A stretch of DNA of 64,000 nucleotides from Octopus sinensis (Eukaryota). Where the stretch lies: contig NC_043015.1 in NCBI RefSeq assembly GCF_006345805.1, positions 48,732,001-48,796,000 on the forward strand, written 5' to 3'. The position numbers and the translations under genes were made by a program. This document shows positions 50,013 through 63,493 of this stretch, in pieces. Position 1 is the first letter of the stretch; the number at the start of each line of letters is the position of its first letter. The notes under the pieces are model-generated. The model ran no database searches, had not been told where the DNA came from, and worked only from the letters and a program-made list of their open reading frames with translations.

Positions 50013-50425
50013 CAGGCGCAGGAGTGGCTGTGTGGTAAGTAGCTTGTTTACCAACCACATGGTTCCGGGTTCAGTCCCACTGCGTGGCACCTTGGGCGAG
50101 TATCTTCTACTATAGCCTCGGGCCGACCAAAGCCTTGTGAGTTGATTTGGTAGACGGAAACTGAAAGAAGCCCGTCGTATATATGTATATATATATATGC
50201 ATGTGTGTGTTTGTGTGTCTGTGTTTGTCCCCCTAGCATTGCTTGACAACCGATGCTGGTGTGTTTATGACCCCGTAACTTAGCGCTTCGGCAAAAGAGA
50301 CTGATAGAATAAGTACTGGGCTTACAAAAGAATAAGTCCCGGGGTCGAGTTGCTCGATTAAAAGGCGGTGCTCTAGCATGGCCGCAGTCAAATGACTGAA
50401 ACAAGTAAAAGAGAGAGAGAGAGAG
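50013..50425 (+). mobile_element. SINE family A, full length
   Basis: Family consensus. Confidence 0.88.
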
Positions 50426-50529
50426 TATATTTTGGCCAGATGTGACCAATTTAAATGCTAAAAGGTTAAAGAGTTGAAGCCAAAATGCTTGAATCTTTTA
50501 AAACGACAAAAGAAATGAAATGTTTTTAC

Positions 50530-50630
50530 CTCATCAAACAGCTGGGTTCCATCTTTACCGACACCACGCATTAACTCAGCAATACCGCCAGGATGATACT
50601 CCATATACGGTGTGACGTTATATACTTTAC
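50530..50630 (-). CDS. CYB5R4: CYB5R4 coding exon 2 (cytochrome b5 HPGG motif)
   Basis: tttcAG..GTaaaa, phase 1-0; (G)KVYNVTPYMEYHPGGIAELMRGVGKDGTQLFDE. Confidence 0.97.
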
Positions 50631-50837
50631 CTGAAAGAAATCATAAACTAGTAGTAAATGTCAGTGATCTTTTGTACTATGTACATAAAATGGCGAACAT
50701 CAAAATGAAAATCAAACAAACAATGCGTGGCACCTTGGGCAAGTGTCTTCTACTATAGCCTCGGGCCAACCAAAGCCTTGTGAATGGATTTGGTAGACCG
50801 GGAAATGAAAGAAGCTCGTTGTATATATGTATATATA

Positions 50838-51225
50838 TACTCTCTTTTACTTGTTTCAGTCATTTGACTGCGGCCATGCTGGAGCACCGCCTTTTAATCG
50901 AGCAACTCGACCCCGGGACTTATTCTTTTGTAAGCCCAGTACTTATTCTATCGGTCTCTTTTGCCGAACCGCTAAGTAACGGGGACATAAACACACCAGC
51001 ATCGGTTGTCAAGCAATGCTAGGGGGACAAACACAGACACACAAACACGCATATATATATATACATATATACGACGGGCTTCTTTCAGTTTCCATCTACC
51101 AAATCCACTCACAAGGCTTTGGTTGGCCCGAGGCTATAGTAGAAGACACTTGCCCAAGGTGCCATGCAGTGGGACTGAACTCAGAACCATGTGGTTGGTA
51201 AACAAGCTACTTACCACACAGCCAC
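50838..51225 (-). mobile_element. SINE family A
   Basis: Family consensus, reverse complement. Confidence 0.88.
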
Positions 51226-51469
51226 CCCCCGCACCACACACACATACATCATATATATATAAAATAAAATAGGGTAATAATAAATTATTATTACCACTGG
51301 CCTAGCACAAAAAACGAATTAGTCATTAGACTATATATTATTCATATAGAAATACAATAAGAGACTTCCAAATAGGAAAGCGTTGTGCTAGAAAGAGCAG
51401 TAGAAATCTCAAGACCACAAAGGCAGTGCTCCAGAATGGTCACAGTCAAATGACTGAAACAGTAAAAGA

Positions 51470-51514
<45 letters not shown>

Positions 51515-51579
51515 ACCTTGTGGTCTTGAGATTTCTACTGCTCTTTCTAGCACAACGCTTTCCTATTTGGAAGCCTCTT

Positions 51580-51617
<38 letters not shown>

Positions 51618-51861
51618 TGTGTGTGTATATGTTTGTGTGTCTGTGTTTGTCCCTCCAAAATCACTTGACAACCGATGGTGGTATGTTTACTAGGCTTCCA
51701 ACGAATAAGTCCTGGGGTCGATTTGCTCGACCAAAAGGCGGTGCTCCAGCATGGCCGCAGTCAAATGACTGAAACAAGTAAAAGAGAAAGAGAAAAGAGA
51801 ACGGGCCAAACCATTTACACATTGAAGTTCAGTTTCCTTCATTTCGTATGTAGTGCTACAT

Positions 51862-52027
51862 AGGCGCAAGAGTGGCTGTGTGGTAAGTAGCTTGCTTACC
51901 AACCATATGGTTTCGGGTTCAGTCCCACTGCGTGGCATCTTGGGCAAGTGTCTTCTGCTATAGCCTCAGGCCGACCAAAGCTTTGTGAGTGGATTTGGTA
52001 GACGGAAACTGAAAGAAGCCTGTCGTA

Positions 52028-52073
<46 letters not shown>

Positions 52074-52300
52074 TGTGTGTGTTTGTGTGTCTGTGTTTGT
52101 CCCCCTAGCATTGCTTGACAACCAATGCTGGTGTGTTTATGTCCCCGTTACTTAGCGGTTCAGCAAAAGAGACCGATAGAATAAGTACTGGGCTTACAAA
52201 AGAATAAGTCCCGGGGTCGAGTTGCTCGACTAAAGGCGGTGCTCCAGCATGGCCGCAGTCAAATGACTGAAACAAGTAAAAGAGTAAAAGAGTAAAGAGT
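51862..52300 (+). mobile_element. SINE family A, full length
   Basis: Family consensus. Confidence 0.88.
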
Positions 52301-52607
52301 ATAAGAACACAATATAAGGGGTATGGAGTTGCATCATCATCATCATCATTTTAATGTCCACTTTTCCATGCTTTCATGGGTTGGAAAGTGTTTGCTTCAG
52401 GCAGATATTTCTACGGCCAGATGCTCTTCCTGTTGCCTACCCTTACCGGTTTTTATAAGTAAAGTAATATTTACTCATGACCAGACATGTTCTTGCAGAA
52501 TATTGGAGGATATGAATGACACTGCTTGTATGACTGACGCTCATTTAAAACCCCAACACCACATACACATACATATATATGTGTGCATATATATACATAT
52601 ATACATA

Positions 52608-52945
52608 TCATCATCATCATCATTTTACGTCCGTTTTCCATGCTAGCATGGGTTGGACGGTTTGACCGGGGTCTGGTAAGCCATGGAGGCGGCACCAGGC
52701 TCCAGTCTGATTTGGCAGTTTTCTACAGCTGGATGCCTTTCCTAACGCCAACCACTCTGTGAGTGTAGTGGGTGCTTTTTACATGCCACCGGCACAGGAG
52801 CCAGCACAGGCTGGCAAACGGCCACGATCGGTCGGTGCTTTTATGTGTCACCGACACGGACACCAGTCAGGTGACGCTAGTAACTGCCACGCTCGAACGG
52901 TGCTTTTACATGTCACCAGCATTGGTGTCTTAACTACAATTACCA
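52608..52945 (-). mobile_element. SINE family C
   Basis: Family consensus. Confidence 0.8.
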
Positions 52946-52970
52946 TTCGATATATATATATATATATATA

Positions 52971-53186
52971 CACCGGAGTAAGCACATAAATGTGAAACAA
53001 GGTGGAAAAAAGAGTACTCAAATACCAGAGGTAGAGTAATATGCTTTATTTAAAAGCAGCAGAAATATAACAAAGGCTGTTACTCAGAGTTTCATGTTCC
53101 TGTTCGTTGGACAGTTCTCAACGAACGGGAACGTGAAACTCTGAGTAACAGCTTTTGTTATATTTCTGCTGCTTTTAAATCAAGTA
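52971..53186. mobile_element. Tail-plus-palindrome family F2 copy 2
   Basis: Homologous to 8081-8324, with a shorter palindrome centre; inserted in (TA)n. Confidence 0.85.
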
Positions 53187-53670
53187 TACATATATATGTA
53201 TATCTTTTATATAAAATCCGTTCTGTCTGTCTGTGTGTGTGTTTTCTAGGATCTCGAGCATCCTCCATCCGATTGTGCTCAAATTTGATATGTAGATACT
53301 GACAGTATCAGGGCGTGAATAAGTCTTGAAAAAATTACAAAAATCAATTCCGGGTGAGAATGCGATCGATAAAGTCACTTCTGCACTTGATATCGTACAT
53401 AAAAAATTAAGTTACAACAGATTTATATGATATTAATATTTTTATGACCTTAAAACTCATAAGCAATCACCATGTTTTAATTAAAGTAAATCAATACATG
53501 GTGATTGCTTATAAGCTTTAAGTTTATAAAATATTATTATTATTATTTACAGAATTGCAAAACTTGGCACTGCTTATCAAATCACGAACAAAAACACACA
53601 TGACTTACATAGTTTTGTTGAGTATTTCAAAGGAATTTCATTAATGATAAACTAAAGGAAACATATTTAC

Positions 53671-53941
53671 CTCTTATAGCCATCCAAGCATCATTCTCAG
53701 TATTGTGTTTCCTCAGTTCTTCTGGGGTGACATCAATTACCTTTCCCCCGATTCCAGTAAGGTCTTCACCACTTCGCGATAAGCGTATCCAGTCCATTAA
53801 GGATCGGCATTCCTTCAGAGCAACTTTGTTGCGTCCACCTGAAGACGCAGAAGATGATGAAGAACGCTGCTGGGAATCGGCAGCAGGAAACTGAGGAACC
53901 ATGTTCTTCACAGCTTGCTGTTTGTCAACTGACTTGTCCAT
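53671..53941 (-). CDS. CYB5R4: CYB5R4 first coding exon
   Basis: MDKSV..QFPAADSQQR..GGRNKVALKECRSLMDWIRLSRSGEDLTG..DAWMAIR(G), the characteristic NCB5OR N-terminus; donor G|GTaaat. The start codon could instead be the downstream Met of MVPQF. An acceptor (tttgcAG) precedes 54017. Confidence 0.93.
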
Positions 53942-55259
53942 GCAGCTATTATTTCTACCTGCACCGTTAGGACTAACTGGTCTTGATCGGGACTTGCCAC
54001 ACCCCAGTTTGAATTATCTGCAAATCATATTTAAAATAAAAGTTTTTTAAAAATAGTTCCAAATAAATGAAAAAACAAATGTTTAGGCAACAATAAATTG
54101 GGTAAAGCACCATCATGTGGAAGAAGTACCATATAAGAAGTACTATATAAGAAGTACCATATATAAGATGCACATTTTCCAAAATAAAAAAAATGAAATG
54201 AAAAATACCTCACTCTGGGCCCTACATGCAAAGTTGAGCCTCCCATAAGCTAATTTTGTTCCTGAATGCACAAAAATTTTTTTCCTGGATATGTGTTGTT
54301 GAAAGTAGGGTGAGGTGCATCTAACATGCCTGTGAGTCTTTTATGCCATCAAATTACAGTAATATAAAGACAGACAAGCTTTACTGTAGATAGCTGCTTT
54401 AACCCTGTAGCATTTAAAATGGCCATATCCAGCCAAAATATACCTCCTGTTTTATGGTCAAACTGTCTTGATCTAAGTTCTAACATCTACCCTATAATGC
54501 CATTCTAAGAATAGACAATAACATCATCAAAATCTCAAAGTTAGGAGACAATACCTGATTAATTCAAAACAACATGAATAAATAAGCTTTACATTTGGCA
54601 GAGTAATTTGAACGCAAAAGGGTTAACATTTTCAAAGTGTGTTATAAATAAAAAATTATTTTATTTCTTTTTTATGGTCATTTTCATTTTTATTATTGGT
54701 TCTTATTTTTTAATAACTATTTCGATAATTCATACACCTGTCCTGAGTATGACTTTAAAACGAATCATTAATAATTATTTCATTGATTCATACATCAGCC
54801 CTGAGTATGAGTTTAAACTGCATCTGATTGTAGGGTCTTGGTTCCAGAGCCCTAGGGTTACGAGAAGTGTTAGATCACCTCATAGACAATATTGTTCCCA
54901 GGTCTATTCTAACCCTGAGTAGTAGCACCCGTCACAATCCCTGTTATAGGTTAATTAGCATGTAACCCCCCCCCCCAAGCCAGGATACGTTGCAATCATA
55001 GGATGCAGCATAGTGGATGAGAACTACTATGGTAACTGAACATATAAAATCAATGGCAAATATCACTAGATGCTGAACAGATGAACAGACAAAAAACTGC
55101 CAACAGCCAGGATCAACCAATTCAGTTACTGAACTACTGCTGTCGTTTGTAGTCATAGCATGGGCAAAGAGATATTTAGTTAGCAAAAGACCAAAAACCC
55201 AAGCCAGACGTTCGTACCTCATCACTGGATCAGAACGTCTGGCGGGGCGGACAGGTTGA

Positions 55260-55750
55260 TTCATTCATCAACTCTGACTATTTGAAGGCTCTCATCTTCT
55301 ATTTGAACCCCTCACCCTACTGTTCGCTACCTCCTGGTGGCCAACTTTATTACCTTTTCCAGTCGTTTTAATAGTAAAGTGGACACAAATATATTTGATG
55401 TAAAAAGCTATGAAATTTTAATTAATTAAAAACACACTCCAAATGTCAAGAATAATCATTATCAAAATAATAAATTGGATTAACAAATATACAGTAAAGC
55501 AAGGGAGGCAAATCTGTAATCTTTCTAAAGTTCATTAAAAATAGCGGACATTGGGCAGTAAATCTGATCTTTGGAAATATGGGGGTAACTCCAGGAGCAT
55601 GTTTCGGCCTCGTTACTGCACGACCTCAGAATGACTTGAGATATAATTTCAGGTTGGATGTATATATAACTGAAATGGTGTATGGTATCAGCTATATATG
55701 AACAGTGGAAAATATGAATGGTGGTGTATGATCGTTGTCTAAATTTTGTA
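55260..55750 (-). repeat. Dispersed repeat, inverted copy of 63494-64000
   Basis: TTACAAAATTTAGACAACGATCATACACCACC..GAGTTGATGAATG is shared at high identity. This copy lacks 22 nt that include the CTGAT core. Confidence 0.88.
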
Positions 55751-57887
55751 AGATCACGGTGTAGTTGTACTAACGAGGGCCTCATATATTCAACGGGTCC
55801 ACATCGGGTCAACTAATAAATACATATTTATTAACGGATCGTGTAATCCATAATCTCGAAAACGTATTTCTGTAAAATGTTGGAGATGGTGAAATTTCCG
55901 CATCAGAAATAGTATTTTGTGGCATATTAGGCGGTCGCCGTAATTCATTCAACATAAAAAAAAATTCCAATGATTCCTGGATAGTGGGGTGTGTGTGTTG
56001 CATTTCCCCACCCACTCTTTTTTTTTCCGAAAAAGAAAATATCTATAAAAGGGGTTTGCGGCACATTAGGAGGTGAGGGTACTTAATTCCACGCAAAAAA
56101 TCCGAGGTATTTTTTTTCTTAGTGAATCTCGTGCGGCTGTACCACCCACAATTTACCGAAATAATTATGTCTATGCCTTGTAATACCTCGACTGTTATGT
56201 GTGATAGAAAGTAGCCTGCCCTATATATCACATGTGATACATGTTTCCCTATCGTCCATCAAGAACGTGTTGACAGCATTTTAGGGCCCTTGGCAAATCA
56301 GTGCAATAGTCCTATAGTATATACGTATTGACAGCAAGCTACAGCATACATAGACCAGCATTAGGTCCCTAAACCTAGACAACTTGTCAATGCCCAATCT
56401 TTTAGATGGCACAGGTGTCCAAGCATCATACAGGATACACATTCCCAATTGTTTCAACCACCAGGCTGACTTACGAAAGAATCGCTTTATATTACTAAGA
56501 TAGCGCATGCAATCACATTAAAAGTATCCATTTTTCTGAAAGTTACGAGGAATCAAAGTTGGTTGAGCACACTTGTGTAGGTATGCTACCGTACTAAAAT
56601 AAAAATCCGGACGTTTTAAAATTTTAATTTTGTAATAGATTTTTTAGGATTTATTTTAGGCAGGAATTGTATCGAAGCCACTTGAATTTCCCTCTAACTA
56701 TTTTAGTTTTCACTCAGAATCAATCAAGGAGCTTTTCCCCCCGTGACGTTATTTCTTTCCCCCGAAAGAACGGCAGACCGTATCAGTTTTTACGATTTAT
56801 AATTGTCGCACTTTTACACCGAAAATATCCGTTTCTCTTGTGTAATACGTGAAATAATGGGCGATCTTTCGTTTGCCAAATAATGTAACAATTCATATTA
56901 TAGTACATGTACTTTTATTATCTAGTAGAGAAACAACACTGATTTCCCAGAAACTTTGGATCCAATTCCATTCCGCATTAGGCTTTTTAGGTTTACTTAT
57001 TGTTCCGAACCCAGGGTGGTCACATTCAAAATTAAACAAATATTAAGCTTACTTACATAATTAAATGGCATACAGGTATTTGTAAATTACCACAAATGAT
57101 ACATGTTCATTAATTCTGTACTGTACAAGGTAATCAGTAAACTATTCCAGACGGGACAGAGGCACGTTGGCTCTGATACTAATAAAGGCATCAGTAATTT
57201 ATAGAATTACACCCACTCAAGTATTATATTTAAATAAAACGTATCGAAGAACCTTTCCGTGATGTTGGTAATTATTAATAAGTCAACTGATAATGTTATA
57301 AGAGCTGAAAGCTGGTAATTTGATCACTAGAGAAACAGGTTTTACTTCTGATTGCACAAACTATTTTTTTATGAACAAGCATTATTTGAAGGGAAATTAA
57401 AAGAAATCACAGTTTAGAAAAAGAAGTAATTGATGTTAAAACATTATTAAATAGGTCTGATTGATGAAGTTCATATAATTTTTTAAATATTTAAACTTTT
57501 CCTTTCTTTTCAGTAGGTTCCAGGCTGCCGATTTATAAAAAAGGAAACTGGGATGTTATGATGTTCATACATTTAACAAGGGTATTATTAAAAGGCGGAA
57601 TGGAATTGGTTTCCGCTGAAAATCGGGACTTAGTTTTGGATTAAACAGGGTGTTTAGCGCAGAGGTAAGACGTGGGGCCCGCCTTAAGGCAAAAGTTAAG
57701 CAAATAAGTGTCTTATATAAGTTTTTTTTTTTGCTGAATTCTTAATTAATTTGGCAATTTGACATTATTAAATATTCCAATATGATGAAATAGTTTTTTT
57801 GTTTTTTTTATTAAGTTACCGTTAGGAATATATATATATCAGGAAGCAGATAAATAAACCAGAAACGAAGAAAGAATAGCGCCTTAC

Positions 57888-57990
57888 CTTTGGGAAACTG
57901 AAGAAAGAAGGAAGTATGATGACATAAAACCGATTCCCGCGGTTAAGACCGAAGTTAACGGTACCTCTGGTTAGAAGCTGCTGTTGTTGA
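57888..57990 (-). other. Candidate 5' (non-coding) first exon and promoter-proximal region of CYB5R4
   Basis: Strong donor AAAG|GTaagg at 57888/57887 in a locally CpG-richer, repeat-free stretch. The 5' boundary is unknown. Confidence 0.4.
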
Positions 57991-58651
57991 TAAACAAACC
58001 TTTAACCAGGAAGCAACGATAATTCTATTAATTAACTATAATTCCTGCCTGGCTAGTCATAATACTTTATTTTACTTATATGACGTTGGAGGATGAAGAC
58101 AGGGTTGAATATAAGTTTAAACGTGATCGAAGCATTCTGAACATAATGAACACACAAGATGCTAACAATAACGATATTGTTCAAGAAAGGAGGTCTTGCG
58201 GTGAGCATATAGCAGTCAACTGCTATATATGGTAGTGTTTATTTATTTTCAGAGAACAGACCATGTCAGTGTTGGTGGAAGATGGTTTGGTTGAATACGG
58301 ACAGCAACTGGTAGCACCTTGTAGGTCCAGCAGACATACCGTCAATAATATTCAACACGGGAGGCTTCACTGATTTCAAAAGTAGAGTTTAATGTGAACA
58401 AAATGGTTTGTCGTCGACTAAAATCCAGCTCAGCTTGTCTGGAACACGGTTTCAATCTCTGACTGGTCATTTCACTGCACTGATGACGAAAATGACCGGC
58501 GGAAGGGATCATTACACACACTCACACAATGTATTGTGTATATATATATATATATATACACACACACATATATACACGGACGGGAAATCTAAGGTAATCC
58601 CATAAACCGCCTGCCTTCCCATTTTTAATATATATCTATATCTATCTATCG

Positions 58652-58688
<37 letters not shown>

Positions 58689-58711
58689 CACACACACATA
58701 TATATATATAT

Positions 58712-58930
58712 AGTTCTCTTTTTTTTTTTTTACTTGTTTCAGTCATTTGACTGCGGCCATGCTGGAGCACCGCTTTTAGTCGAACAAATCGACCCCAGGA
58801 CTTATTCTTTGTAAGCCTAGTACTTATTCTATCGGTTCTCTTTTGCCGAACCGCTAAGTTACGGGGACGTAGACACACCAGCATCGGTTGTCAAGCGATG
58901 TTGGGAGGACAAACAGACACACACACACAA

Positions 58931-58977
<47 letters not shown>

Positions 58978-59142
58978 CATATATACGACGGGCTTCTTTC
59001 AGTTTCCGTCTACCAAATCCACTCACAAGTCTTTGGTCGGCCCGAGGCTATAGTAGAAGACACTTGCCCAAGGTGCCACGCAGTGGGACTGAACCCGGAA
59101 CCATGTGGTTGGTAAGCAAGCTACTTACCACACAGCCACTCC
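58712..59142 (-). mobile_element. SINE family A, full length
   Basis: Family consensus. Confidence 0.88.
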
Positions 59143-59676
59143 TAAATATAAATATATATATACGAGATACTTTTATTTGTTTCAGTAGTTGGATTGCAGC
59201 CATGCTGGAGCACCGCAGTGTAGTGTTAGTCGATAAAATCATCTTCAGTGGTTATGTAGGTTAAGTATGGTACTTAACCTATCGGTCTCTTGCCGAAGTG
59301 TTGCATAAAGGGGGGGACGTAAACAAACTAGCACCGGTTGTCATGCGTTGACGCAGCGATGGACAAAGATGCACACACACACACATAGATATATACACTC
59401 ATATACATACTTACATACAAAATTCACTTAAAAGTATTAAATGACCCAGGATTATAAAGACACGAAGATGCCATGTAGTGGTACTGAACCCTAAATTCTG
59501 TGGTTGCGAGTCGAACTTCCTGATCACGCGGCCTGCCTGTTGTGTGTGTGTGTGTGTAAACAGACTTTTCCATGAAATAATTTAATAAAATGTAGAGCAT
59601 GCTTGCTTCAGTAGGTTCCGTTATACTTTGTGGTGTGCAACCAATTGCCGTGATAGAAAAAAAAATCCCCACAAAA

Positions 59677-59839
59677 TAGGTGCAGGAGTGGCTGTGTGGT
59701 AAGTAGCTTGCTTACCAACCACATGGTTCCGGGTTCAGTCCCACTGCGTGGCATCTTGGGCAAGTGTCTTCTGCTATAGCCCCGGGCCGACCAAAGAGTT
59801 GTGAGCGGATTTGGTAGACGGAAACTGAAAGAAGCCCGT

Positions 59840-59904
<65 letters not shown>

Positions 59905-60121
59905 TGTGTGTGTATATGTTTGTGTCTGTGTTTGTCCCCCTAGCATTGCTTGACAACCGATGCTGGTGTGTTTACGTCCCGTAACTTAGCGGTTCGGCAA
60001 AAGAGAACGATAGAATAAGTACTGGGCTTACAAAGAATAAGTCCCGGGGTCGATTTGCTCGATTAAAAGGCGGTGCTCCAGCATGGCCGCAGTCAAATGA
60101 CTGAAACAAGTAAAAGAGTAA
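59677..60121 (+). mobile_element. SINE family A, full length
   Basis: Family consensus. Confidence 0.88.
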
Positions 60122-60681
60122 ATGATTTCAATAGTTTAAGCCGAAAGATTTGGAAGAATTTGAAGAAAGTTCTCCGGTAATTTTCTTTCATATAAAATAA
60201 ATATATATTTACGTTAATTTAGAAATTTGCCAGCAAAATCTTATAAAATGACAATGTCCAAAAGATGTCCATGCTTATATGTTATATATCAGTGCTACTC
60301 AAAGTGGTGGTCCGCGAGCCATCAGATGCCGGTACGCGGCCAGTTCCCAGAAAAGAAAGAAACATTATAAAATGCTTATTTAATATTGTATTAATTAAAA
60401 AAAATTGTTGACTTTTATTATATTCATTATATATATTGTGTCCGGTATAAATTAACATTACTAAGAAATATTACCGGTCCCCGGCACATTGGAAGAAGAA
60501 AAGAACTGCCGGTACCCACATCAGATAGTTTGAGAAGCACTGTTATGTATGAAGATAAAATTTCGATATAATCGGAATCTATTTTAAAAATGAATTATCC
60601 ATATACAAAACATTGGGATACAAAAAAAAGTCAAATAGCCTTCAAATTAAACGGGGGGGAGGCCTCTTCCTGGAAGACTTC

Positions 60682-60902
60682 TTTACTCTTTTTTACTCTT
60701 TTACTTGTTTCAGTCAGTTGACTGCGGCCATGCTGGAGCACCGCCTGTAGTCGATCAAATCGACCCCGGGACTTATTCTTTGTAAGCCCAGTACTTATTC
60801 TATCGATCACTTTTGCCGAACCGCTAAGTGACGGGGACGTAAACACACCAGCATCGGTTGTCAAACAATGCTAGGGGGACAAACACAGACACACAAACAC
60901 AT

Positions 60903-60962
<60 letters not shown>

Positions 60963-61108
60963 TTACGACAGGCTTCTTTCAGTTTCCGTCTACCAAATCT
61001 ACTCACAAGGCATTGGTCGGCCCGGGGCTATAGCAGAAGACACTTGCCCAAGATGCCACACAGTGGGACTGAACCCGGAACCATGTGGTTGGTTATCAAG
61101 CTACTTAC
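60682..61108 (-). mobile_element. SINE family A, full length
   Basis: Family consensus. Confidence 0.88.
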
Positions 61109-61530
61109 CACACAGCCACTCCTGCACCTTGTTGACATTCTTCAAATAAAACTTCGAAGCTGAGCCATCAAACACAGAACTTACCATTCTTTTCCAATTA
61201 ATGAACGCCTCTCAACGATAGAAGCCTCGCTTGTAACCGTTCGGTCTGCTAAAGAGAATAGCAGTTCAATCTCCCTCAAATCGCATCCTACTGACTTGGG
61301 GAAGAACACATTTGAAAATTTAGTCAGTCCTACGTAGCCCTAAAATAACGGGATGGTCGTTGCTGGAGCGCTTTTGTGTGCTCAATTAGAGCTGGCTTGT
61401 GATTAAATAACAAACACCTTGGTAGTTCATATATATATTTCTTTATTGCCCACAAGGGGATAAACATAGAGGGAACAAACAAGGACAGACAAAGGGATTA
61501 AGTCGATTACATCGACCCCAGTCGGAAACT

Positions 61531-62070
61531 GTGAAAGTCCGAAATTTTCGGATGGCGGGCTTGTCGACTACAGCAAACTCCCATGTGCAAATGGTACTCA
61601 CTTTATCGACCCCCAGTTGTTTCGGAGGTCTGTAAAAAAATCAAGTCCATCAAGAGCAAGAGTTCCTTTTGTACCCCTACCCCCTTTTGAATTTTTCGGC
61701 TACGGAGAATACAAATCTGATAAGAAATTGGCAAAAATCGGCATTTTGAAATTAACCTCCCACTGACTTCTCCATTGTTAAACTTTTTTCAGATTTTTTC
61801 TTTCAAAATATGCGGGAAAATACGGAGATTGTGATCCTGAAAAAATTTCCACAAAATTTTGTAGTTAGGGTTAGGATTTTAGGGTTAGGGTTTTAGAGTA
61901 AGGGTTTGGGAAAAGAAAGTTAAAAATGAATTGGGCGGGGACGGGGGGAAAGAGGGGGTGCGAAATTTCAAAATGCCGGTTTTTGACAATTTTCCGGAAT
62001 CTCCATATCCGAAAACGGGGGCGGGGTGGCAAAAAAAAAATAGGGGAGGAAGTCTTTCCGAATAAAGGGA
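61531..62070. repeat. Unclassified insertion containing degenerate (TTAGGG)n
   Basis: TAGTTAGGGTTAGGATTTTAGGGTTAGGGTTTTAGAGTAAGGG at about 61862-61910, plus G-rich tracts. It adjoins a truncated family B SINE. Confidence 0.45.
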
Positions 62071-62914
62071 ACTACTTTCTTTCGTGACTAAAAGACAAAA
62101 AAAAAAAAAGATGAATAAAAGTAAAACGAAGTATAATAAACCAATAATAATAAATAAAAAAAGATCCCCAACATGGGAGACAACTGCATGGAAAGATCCT
62201 GGAGACCTCCTCCGTCAAATTAAATAATAATAATTTAAAAAAACAACACAATCCCTGTTTAGCTTGGTGCCACAAAAGCAAAAGCATTCTCCCAGTTCTT
62301 ACCGTTAACTTACAGATGCATATTTAGTCACTCAATTTGGTTAGAATAGAATATGATAAATTGAGATTGGTGAGCTTTACACATGAATCTGGTGATGATA
62401 GGCTCCCTTGGAGCAGAAGGACAGCTAACTAAAGCCAATCAAGAAATGCAACTGATCTAAGGTTACATGGATCACCAAAGATGAGTACCCTTTGCCTACC
62501 GACGCATGTTGGGAGTAAACACATTCACGCTTGCCACATTCGCCACTGATAACTAACATTCAACAAATTTACTGGAGAAAAGCCTCTTCTCCCCCATTTC
62601 GTTTTCCTTTTTCAACTGGAACTTGGAAGAGTCGATGTGAATTTAACCGAGGAGAAGTCTCTCTCTCTCTCCCCTCTCTTTTTTCCATCTCATCACTTCA
62701 CAAACTCTCACGTCATAGTTAGAGGTAAAAATAGAGGTAAGCTGCTTGGCACACCCTCTCAAAAAACAACAATATACATACAACCACAGTTTCACGTAAC
62801 ACAGAGAAACCCAGAAACTGAATGGATACACGCAGAACAATCTCTATCCTCAGTAACTCATCTCGAACATACTCGTCCAATAGCAATTTCAATAAATAAC
62901 AAAACCCTTTATAA

Positions 62915-63412
62915 TGAAGGCACAGGCCCTGAAATTTTGGGGGAGGAAACTGGTCGATTACATCGACCCCACTGTTTCACTGCACTTAATTTAGCGACTC
63001 TGACGGAATTTGAACTCAGAACGTAGTGACAGGTGAAATACCTATTTCTTTATTACCCACAAGGGGCTAAACACAGAGGGGACAAATAAAGACAGACAAA
63101 CGGATTAAGTTGATTACATCGACCTCAGTGCGAAACTGGTACTTTATTTATCGACCCTGAAAGGATGAAAGGCAAAGTCGACCTCGGCGGAATTTGAACT
63201 CAGAACGTTTCGGCAAACGAAATACTTATTTCTTTACTACCCACAAGGGGCTAAACACAGAGGGGACAAACGGATTAAGTTGATTACATCGACCCCGAAA
63301 GGATGAAAGGCAAAGTCGACCTCAGCGGAATTTGAACTCAGAACGTATCGGCAGACGAAATACCGCTAAGCATTTCGCCCGGCGTGCTAACGATTCTGGC
63401 AGCTCGCCACCT
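62915..63412 (-). mobile_element. SINE family B with tandemly repeated body
   Basis: One head (63360-63412) followed by about 3 partial body copies. Confidence 0.85.
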
Positions 63413-63493
63413 TACTTTCAATAACTAATGGTAATAATAATGGTTTCTAAGCTAGTCCTTATGCTTATGTTGGCTTCTTCTCTTCCGTGGTCT

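Noticed and set aside
55203-55243. Hairpin GCCAGACGTTC/GAACGTCTGGC with TGATGA-GGTAC-GAAC on the minus strand
   Set aside because: The hairpin is real, but a hammerhead reading needs two core lesions (C3 and A15.1), which is too degenerate to call.
60135-60176. Possible plus-strand micro-exon FKPKDLEEFEESSP (aatAG..CCG|GTaatt)
   Set aside because: It has no recognisable homology and no phase-compatible partner exon, so splice-like flanks alone are insufficient.
61862-61910. True telomere or chromosome-fusion site
   Set aside because: The tract is short, degenerate and in one orientation only, with no head-to-head arrangement.
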